Part shown: in pieces, positions 57,910 through 64,000 of the stretch | How positions within the stretch are numbered: position 1 is the first letter of the stretch | Layout: each line of letters starts with the position of its first letter | Source of the DNA: a bacterium | GTDB lineage: Bacteria > Patescibacteriota > Microgenomatia > Curtissbacterales > GWA2-41-24 | Reading direction: 5' to 3' | Assembly (NCBI GenBank): GCA_021813945.1 | Contig: JAKAJD010000001.1 | Location: 270,742-334,741 of the forward strand | Length of the DNA stretch: 64,000 nt | Position numbers and translations under genes: made by a program | The notes under the pieces: model-generated | What the model saw: only the letters and a program-made list of their open reading frames with translations | Told to the model about the DNA's origin: nothing | Databases searched by the model: none

Positions 57910-57989
57910 TTGACTTAGCTATTTCCACTTGTTATATTTCGCGTACCTCTCGTTCCAAGAGCTTTTTTCTTCCAACGAGAGGTATTTTT
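57910..57989 (+). terminator. Terminator-like hairpin with T-tract, directly preceded by a sigma70-like promoter
   Basis: TTGACT-N17-TATATT; TACCTCTCGTT...AACGAGAGGTA-TTTTT. Confidence 0.6.
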
Positions 57990-57997
57990 GTGGCCTA

Positions 57998-58045
57998 AAG
58001 GACAGGCCTTAACATTTGGTCTGTCCAAGAAAAAGACCTACCCTT
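57998..58045. repeat. 48-bp REPIN-like inverted repeat pair, copy 2
   Basis: AAGGACAGGCCTT-N22-AAGACCTACCCTT. Confidence 0.6.
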
Positions 58046-58079
58046 AACTTTGCCTTCTCTATTTCTGTATAATCACACC

Positions 58080-59099
58080 ATGGACAATATAAAAAAGTTA
58101 AGGGAAGAAGCGGAAACCAAAATCCTGTCAGCCCAAAACCTAGAAGATTTAAACAAACTTTACATTGAAATTTTTGGCAAAAATTCGGCTCTTGCTAACC
58201 TAACCAAAAATCTTTCTTCACTTCCACCAGAAAGTCGCCGCCAGGCAGGTGCCAATATAAACCAAGCCAAGCAGGACCTGGAAAAACTTTACCAAACTAA
58301 ACGGGTCTCACTTGTCACTAACCGCAAATCCACACAAATCGATGTCACGGCTCCTGGGAAAAAACAACAGCTCGGCCATCTTCACCTTGTTTCTCAAGCA
58401 ATAGAGGAAATTGTCGAAATATTTTCAAAACTGGGGTTTTCGCTGCAAAGCTACCCGGAAGTTGATTGGGATTGGTACGCTTTCGAAGCACTCAACATGC
58501 CCAAAGGCCACCCTGCCAGAGACGACTGGGAAACCTTTTTCGTCGATGCTCCACAAAACCCAAAATATGGCCGCCAAGTTTTAACGCCTCACACCTCAAA
58601 CGGCCAGGTTAGGGAAATGGAAGCGGTTAAAACACCGCCTATTAGAATGATCAACATTTCGCGCTGTTACCGTAGGCAAATCGACGTTTCGCACACACCT
58701 ATGTTTCACCAGTTTGAAGGCCTTTTGGTCGATAAAAAAGTTTCCATAACCGACCTTAAAGGAACTTTTGATTTTTTTACAAAAACATTTTTTGGGCCAA
58801 ACAGGATAACGCGCCTAAGACCACACCATTTCCGCTTTACCGAACCGTCCTTCGAAGTTGACGTAACCTGCGGTGTCTGCGCTGGCCGTGGATGCAGACT
58901 TTGCAAAGAAGGCTGGTTGGAACTAGGAGGATCCGGTATGGTACATCCAAAGGTTTTGGAAGCCGGAAAAATTGACCCTAAAACCTACACCGGCTTTGCA
59001 TTTGGATGGGGAATCGAACGCACAATCGCTATGAAAACAGAATTACCAGACATCCGCCTTTTATACCAAAACGACATTAGGTTCCTGGAACAATTCTAG
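58080..59099 (+). CDS. pheS: Phenylalanine--tRNA ligase alpha subunit
   Basis: HPARD, HTPMFHQFEG, FRFTEPS and GFAFGWGIER. Confidence 0.97.
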   Translation: MDNIKKLREEAETKILSAQNLEDLNKLYIEIFGKNSALANLTKNLSSLPPESRRQAGANINQAKQDLEKLYQTKRVSLVTNRKSTQIDVTAPGKKQQLGHLHLVSQAIEEIVEIFSKLGFSLQSYPEVDWDWYAFEALNMPKGHPARDDWETFFVDAPQNPKYGRQVLTPHTSNGQVREMEAVKTPPIRMINISRCYRRQIDVSHTPMFHQFEGLLVDKKVSITDLKGTFDFFTKTFFGPNRITRLRPHHFRFTEPSFEVDVTCGVCAGRGCRLCKEGWLELGGSGMVHPKVLEAGKIDPKTYTGFAFGWGIERTIAMKTELPDIRLLYQNDIRFLEQF

Positions 59100-59102
59100 T
59101 CT

Positions 59103-61136
59103 ATGAATATAAAAATACCGGTTTCCTGGCTTCGTGAATATCTAAAAACCGATGCCGCTGCAAAAACTATAGCAAGGGAACTTTCTCTCGCAGGCCCCTC
59201 CGTTGAAAGAACCGAAAAACGTGGTGAAGATTATATTTTCGATATCGAAGTAACCACCAATCGCCCGGACGCTTTTTCCGTTTTTGGTATCGCCCGCGAA
59301 GCAAATGCCATTCTAAACTTTGTCGGGAACAAATCAAAACTGCAACCACCTGTAGGGATGGATTTAAATTTGGAACCGGACACAAAAGAAAAATTAGCAC
59401 TGGATGTAAAAGTCGCAAACCCAATCCTTTGCCCGAGATTCACTGCAATTATCCTTTCTAACATCAAAATTGGCCCATCACCGGCTTACATTAAAAACCG
59501 CTTGGAAGCAGTTGGCATCCGCGCCATAAACAACATTGTCGACATAACAAACTACATAATGATGGAGACAGGCAACCCTATGCATGCTTTTGACTACGAC
59601 AAAATCTTAGGCGCCAAAATGGTTTTGCGGGCATCAAAAACTGGTGAAAAGCTGACAACCTTAGATGGTAAAAACTATAACCTTCCAGAAGGATCAATCG
59701 TCATAGAAGACCAAAAGCGGCTTATAGACCTTTGCGGCATTATGGGCGGCGAAAATTCCCAAATTACCCGTCGAACTAAACGTGCCATCTTTTTTGTTCA
59801 AGCTTATGATCCCAAAACAATACGCCGCACGACTCAAACTTTGGCAGTCAGAACGGAAGCCGCAGCCCGTTTTGAAAAAGGAATCGATCTGGAAAACATA
59901 TTGCCTGTGCTTTCCCGCGCGGTTTATTTAGCCAAAAAAAACGCCGGTGCACAAATCGCATCGGAACTTGTCGATATCTACCCAAAAAAACAGGTCTCCA
60001 AAACTGTTACCTTAAATTCTGTTAAGCTAGACAAGTATTTAGGGATTAAAATTGAGCCTTCCAAAGCAGCCCAAATCCTCAGGCTTTTAGGCTTTAAGGT
60101 AGAAACTGATATCGCAAGATTAACGGCTGTTGCACCTGCCTGGCGAGCGCAAGACATAAAAGAAGATGTTGATTTGATAGAAGAAATAGCCCGTATCTAC
60201 GGCTATCATAATCTTCCCTCAACGTTGCCGGAAGGCCAAATACCCCAAAGACCCGATGGCATCTTAAAAGATGTTATTGCTCTAAAAAACTCACTTAAAG
60301 TCTTAGGCTTAACAGAAGCAATGTCTTATTCAATTATTTCCAAAGCTATGCTCAACGGATCCCAAGTTGACCCAAAAGACGCGGTCGAACTTCAAAACCC
60401 TCTCACCGAAGAGTGGCAATTCATGCGTCCTTCACTTATACCCTCTTTAGTAGACGTAGTCGCCAAAAACCAAAATCTCAAACAAGATATTGCCATATTT
60501 GAAATCGCAAAAACCTACATAAAGAGAAAGGACGCTCTTCCACAGCAAGACCTGTGGCTAACCATCGTCAAAACAGGCAATGACTTTTATGAAATAAAGG
60601 GTTTAACCGAAAACATTTTACAAATTTTAAAAAGAAATGTCACGTTCCAAAAAGAAACGAGGGAAAATAGGATTTTTCAAAAAGACGAATCAGCAATCGT
60701 TAATGTGGAAGGACAAGAAGTTGGCACGCTAGGTCTATTAAGCCATACTCTAACTGACTCATTTGGCATAAATATCCAACTATTATCCCTTGAGCTAAAT
60801 TTAACCAAGGTTTTTGGCTTAAAAACCACACAAAAAGGCTTCAAACCTCTTTCGAAATATCCGCCTCAAATAGAGGACATTTCCGCGATTTTTGCAACGC
60901 AAACACCAGTCACCATGATAACAGAAGAAATTAAAAAAGCTTCCCATCTGGTAAAAAATGTTGAAGTTACGGATATTTTTGAAAGCGAGAAAATCGGCAA
61001 AGGCAAAAAATCGATAACACTCCGGATAACCTATCAGAAATCCACAGGAACACCCGAAACAGAAGAAGTCCGTGAAGCCAGGGACAAAATCATCAAAATG
61101 CTCCAAAAAGAATTCCTGGCGCAAGTTAGAGTTTAG
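59103..61136 (+). CDS. pheT: Phenylalanine--tRNA ligase beta subunit, lacking the B2 OB-fold domain
   Basis: EVTTNRPD near residue 50; RAINNIVDITNY; DLIEEIARIYGY; C-terminal anticodon-binding domain. Confidence 0.96.
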   Translation: MNIKIPVSWLREYLKTDAAAKTIARELSLAGPSVERTEKRGEDYIFDIEVTTNRPDAFSVFGIAREANAILNFVGNKSKLQPPVGMDLNLEPDTKEKLALDVKVANPILCPRFTAIILSNIKIGPSPAYIKNRLEAVGIRAINNIVDITNYIMMETGNPMHAFDYDKILGAKMVLRASKTGEKLTTLDGKNYNLPEGSIVIEDQKRLIDLCGIMGGENSQITRRTKRAIFFVQAYDPKTIRRTTQTLAVRTEAAARFEKGIDLENILPVLSRAVYLAKKNAGAQIASELVDIYPKKQVSKTVTLNSVKLDKYLGIKIEPSKAAQILRLLGFKVETDIARLTAVAPAWRAQDIKEDVDLIEEIARIYGYHNLPSTLPEGQIPQRPDGILKDVIALKNSLKVLGLTEAMSYSIISKAMLNGSQVDPKDAVELQNPLTEEWQFMRPSLIPSLVDVVAKNQNLKQDIAIFEIAKTYIKRKDALPQQDLWLTIVKTGNDFYEIKGLTENILQILKRNVTFQKETRENRIFQKDESAIVNVEGQEVGTLGLLSHTLTDSFGINIQLLSLELNLTKVFGLKTTQKGFKPLSKYPPQIEDISAIFATQTPVTMITEEIKKASHLVKNVEVTDIFESEKIGKGKKSITLRITYQKSTGTPETEEVREARDKIIKMLQKEFLAQVRV

Positions 61137-61177
61137 CTTGCAATTTGCCAAATTTTTGTGTTTAATGCAAACCTAAA

Positions 61178-61615
61178 ATGGAAAGGCCAACCCCCGAACA
61201 GATTGCCGCGCGCGCAAAAGCTATGCTCGCATATTTATCCGGTATCCAAGAGAAAAATTACGATGTGAGAACAGCCGCAATAGGAGACTCTCGGGATCAT
61301 CCGAATAATCCTCTTATCGAATTTGCGCTCTCCCGGCAGGAAGGAAAAACCCTTCCGGACGATGTAAGAAAAATCTTCCCGGTTCCGAGGGAAAGACAAC
61401 AACACGCCAGGCGATACGAAGCTACTCTTGTCCTGCCGGCAGACCCGAAAGGCACTACGGTTATTTTATTTCTTAAGCCTATAGTTGGCAACCACTCCGA
61501 AGATTCTATGTCTTACGCTCTTGCCCTTCACGCAGCCGCAAGCCAAATGGATTGGGTTAAATCAAAACTCGAAGCCAGAAAAAAGCCACCGCAAACCCAG
61601 CCTGTATTGCCATAA
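61178..61615 (+). CDS. Hypothetical protein
   Basis: 145-aa ORF. Confidence 0.55.
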   Translation: MERPTPEQIAARAKAMLAYLSGIQEKNYDVRTAAIGDSRDHPNNPLIEFALSRQEGKTLPDDVRKIFPVPRERQQHARRYEATLVLPADPKGTTVILFLKPIVGNHSEDSMSYALALHAAASQMDWVKSKLEARKKPPQTQPVLP

Positions 61616-61644
61616 ACAAAACTCATATTCTATAATCCCCACCT

Positions 61645-62742
61645 ATGACGCCGGAAATACAAACTGTAGCCATAATTGGCAGAGAAGGCGACTGGGGCAG
61701 AAGAACTGACCGGCTTTATGAAGAAGCCGGCTTCCAAAATAGGATTGGTTCGGATATAAAAACCCCGGATTCATTACCTGTAGAAGAAGTCATAAGACGT
61801 GCCGATATTGTTCATTTTAGTCTGCCGCCTACAGAAATCCCTGTAGTTATAAGAAGCTTAGGTATCCAAGCTTTTCTGGGCAAAAAGGTTATCGACAACG
61901 CTGGAGAAAAAGACCCTTTAATCGAAATATACAAGCGCTTGGATAGAATCGGCGTGAGTGTATGCTCAACACATCCAAACTGCATCCCGACACAGCCGCT
62001 CATAAACCAGACACTAATGGTAATGGAAGTAGGCCAAAATTTCGGCCCTGCAACATCAGTTGCAGTCGATATCCACGAAAAAGCAGGAATGATTCCGGTA
62101 CGCCTGCCTATCGAAGATCATGACTTATACATGGATATTAACCAATACTTGCCTCATCTTATTAATAGGGCTCACGCAGAAACCTTAATCGCGCTGGCAG
62201 AAAAATATGGAATCGACTTGCAAGTCGCCGAGAGGCTTTCGACCGTCAACTCAACCCTTTCCAGGCTTGCCATGTGGAGAACGGAAGTCCTCAAACCGGA
62301 AATTTCAGCCCAAATCCTTAGGCTTGATAACCCAAGGCGAGGGGATATAGCCCTAACCTTAACAGGAATCATCGGAGAAATTTCCCAAACAGCAAGCCCT
62401 GAAATCCTGGCTGATCGTTTCGCCAAGACGAAAAAACAGCATGATCCAACAGGAGAAATAAGTGCTGCAAAACTAGCCGAAACGACAGCTATTATGGAGG
62501 AAATAGCAAATCTCGGAGCAGAATCTGTAACTGTAATAATTCCGGAAGATAAAGCTGGTGCTTTAAGAGAAATTCTAAAACCGTTCGCCGATGAAGGTAT
62601 CAATCTTGGTGCAATCAGGTCACATACACAAAATGGCTCTGTCGAATTCCGGCTTGGAATAAAAGATATTCACAGGGACCCTCAACTCTTAGATCAACTG
62701 GCCAAGGAAATTGCCGCAAACGGCGCAACACTCATACCCTAA
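61645..62742 (+). CDS. Prephenate/arogenate dehydrogenase-like protein with a C-terminal ACT domain
   Basis: VAIIG..G.WG Rossmann motif, STHP, EDHD..M...Q.LPH; ACT motif DKAGAL..IL..F...GINL..I.S. Confidence 0.75.
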   Translation: MTPEIQTVAIIGREGDWGRRTDRLYEEAGFQNRIGSDIKTPDSLPVEEVIRRADIVHFSLPPTEIPVVIRSLGIQAFLGKKVIDNAGEKDPLIEIYKRLDRIGVSVCSTHPNCIPTQPLINQTLMVMEVGQNFGPATSVAVDIHEKAGMIPVRLPIEDHDLYMDINQYLPHLINRAHAETLIALAEKYGIDLQVAERLSTVNSTLSRLAMWRTEVLKPEISAQILRLDNPRRGDIALTLTGIIGEISQTASPEILADRFAKTKKQHDPTGEISAAKLAETTAIMEEIANLGAESVTVIIPEDKAGALREILKPFADEGINLGAIRSHTQNGSVEFRLGIKDIHRDPQLLDQLAKEIAANGATLIP

Positions 62743-62767
62743 AAATCTCATGTTAGAATAATTACTC

Positions 62768-63277
62768 ATGAATGAATTCGAACCCCAAAGTGAAGCTTTA
62801 AAGAAATTCGATATTGCCGTTTTTGCCCACAAACGAGCGGCCGAGCAAGTAGAGGCGGTACTCTCACCATCACCGCAGGAGGCCCAGTTCATAGCCGCAA
62901 CTTACGTTTTTTACCGACTACAGGCAGATCTAGAGGCAAGAATCTATCATGCCGTTTTATCTGAACATGATACCGAAATTGCACCCTACGAAACCGATCT
63001 CGAACTTGCTGATGTGGAAGCAATGAAATTAGCACTGGACGAGGCGAAAAACGGTCGCTACGAGCAGGTAAGGCAATACCTGCAAGGACAGCAAGATTGC
63101 CTCCATCCCGAGCAAAAAGATAATCAATTTTCAAAAAGCTTGGAAAGAATGCTTCCCTTGGTCTCCGGCCCAGGTGCCCCTTTTCATGAGCCAAAACTAC
63201 CACATCAAGATCCGGAAATTCGTAATGCATACCAAGAACATCAAATGTCCCATCTCCCGGAAGAGTTACCAGCATAA
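62768..63277 (+). CDS. Hypothetical protein
   Basis: ATG 8 nt after an extended -10 (TGtTAGAAT). Confidence 0.55.
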   Translation: MNEFEPQSEALKKFDIAVFAHKRAAEQVEAVLSPSPQEAQFIAATYVFYRLQADLEARIYHAVLSEHDTEIAPYETDLELADVEAMKLALDEAKNGRYEQVRQYLQGQQDCLHPEQKDNQFSKSLERMLPLVSGPGAPFHEPKLPHQDPEIRNAYQEHQMSHLPEELPA

Positions 63278-63350
63278 GCTATGAGCCTTTGCCAAAACCA
63301 AGCCCTGGGGCAAATTGACACCACAAACAAATAGGCGTATTCTTCAATCG

Positions 63351-63677
63351 ATGCTTAAATTTTTAGAAAAGTCCCCAGCATCAACAACCGGCTTCCTGTC
63401 AGCAGCCGGAACAGTCATATATTGCGGCCTTATTGCGTTATTTTTCAACTTCATGAATAAATCCGCTGGCCGCCCAGGCTTTTTTGGATTTTTTCTAATC
63501 CTTCTTCTTTTGGTATTTTCTGCAGCCATAACCGGAACTTTAGTCTTTGGATTTCCGGCTTATCTGGCTGTAGTCAAAAATAAAATCAAAGAAGCAATAA
63601 CTACGCTGGCCTTCACCCTCCTTTACATATTGGGGATAATCATAATCAGCGCCTTTTTAATTATTCTGTTCACCTAA
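63351..63677 (+). CDS. Small 3-TM membrane protein
   Basis: LLVFSAAITG.LVFG.P.YL. Confidence 0.7.
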   Translation: MLKFLEKSPASTTGFLSAAGTVIYCGLIALFFNFMNKSAGRPGFFGFFLILLLLVFSAAITGTLVFGFPAYLAVVKNKIKEAITTLAFTLLYILGIIIISAFLIILFT

Positions 63678-63693
63678 ACCACAGGCATAAATC

Positions 63694-63722
63694 TTGCATA
63701 TTTTTTCAATCCGTCATATAAT
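63694..63722 (+). promoter_or_regulatory. Sigma70-type promoter
   Basis: TTGCAT-N17-TATAAT. Confidence 0.7.
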
Positions 63723-63728
63723 ACTTGA

Positions 63729-64000
63729 TCCGGTGAATCAACTAGTTTGATTCCAATTAACAACTAAAGAGTGATGCTAGAACTGTCCCGCCTTTTCTAA
63801 GAAAGGATGGGATAAGCGCCCACAATCCTGGGCAAATGAAATTTCTTGTATCCCGGTAGATACAAGAAGTCCGAAAGGAACTCTGCAGCTGTAATCAAAC
63901 AGCGATGGAGATTTCATGAAGCATCCGACAACCCGGAATTCTATCGACGGGTGCCAAGGAAGCATTTTTTCTTCGTACCCCAGCCGTTTTCGGTTTGGGG
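63729..64000 (+). ncRNA. Putative highly structured ncRNA or riboswitch-like leader ending in a GC hairpin
   Basis: No plus-strand ORF of 60 aa or more; many nested helices; terminal CCCCAGCCG-TTTT-CGGTTTGGGG hairpin; cut by the window edge. Confidence 0.6.

Noticed and set aside
57890-58079. T-box riboswitch upstream of pheS
   Set aside because: No GGTGG(T/A)ACCGCG T-box motif or Stem I signature
1-64000. CRISPR array, rRNA, integrase, transposase, reverse transcriptase or DGR
   Set aside because: No regularly spaced repeats, rRNA signatures or catalytic motifs for these were recognised in any ORF
63729-64000. Cobalamin riboswitch, tmRNA or RNase P RNA
   Set aside because: Only short chance-level matches (ACTGTCCCGC); no B12 box, tRNA-like ends or GAGGAAAGUCC motif

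Overview
This 64-kb window looks like a reduced-genome bacterium of Patescibacteria/CPR, Microgenomates-like (inferred from gene content: ArnT-like membrane glycosyltransferase paralogs, short ThrRS and PheT, MurT/GatD, NiSOD, many orphan ORFs, and apparently leaderless genes). It holds 14 tRNA genes without encoded CCA, the thrS-infC-rpmI-rplT-(inserted methyltransferase)-pheS-pheT block, cell-wall and envelope genes, a MacAB-type ABC exporter and a roughly 10 kb accessory region next to tRNA-Gln. No CRISPR array, rRNA, integrase, transposase or reverse transcriptase was recognised. The most notable signals are: (1) a small GIY-YIG nuclease between two tRNAs, bracketed by inverted copies of a CTTCG-hairpin-CTCAG repeat that also abuts a third tRNA; (2) structured spacers next to tRNAs, including a duplicated tRNA 3' end with a hairpin in its T-loop; (3) a sulfotransferase / phosphoribosyltransferase / glycosyltransferase / kinase cluster; (4) a promoter-driven structured RNA of about 270 nt with SAM-I-like motifs at the window end; (5) an HTH plus probably inactive LAGLIDADG protein; (6) a probable GTA start codon for infC. 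All protein calls come from motif recognition by eye; no database searches were run.
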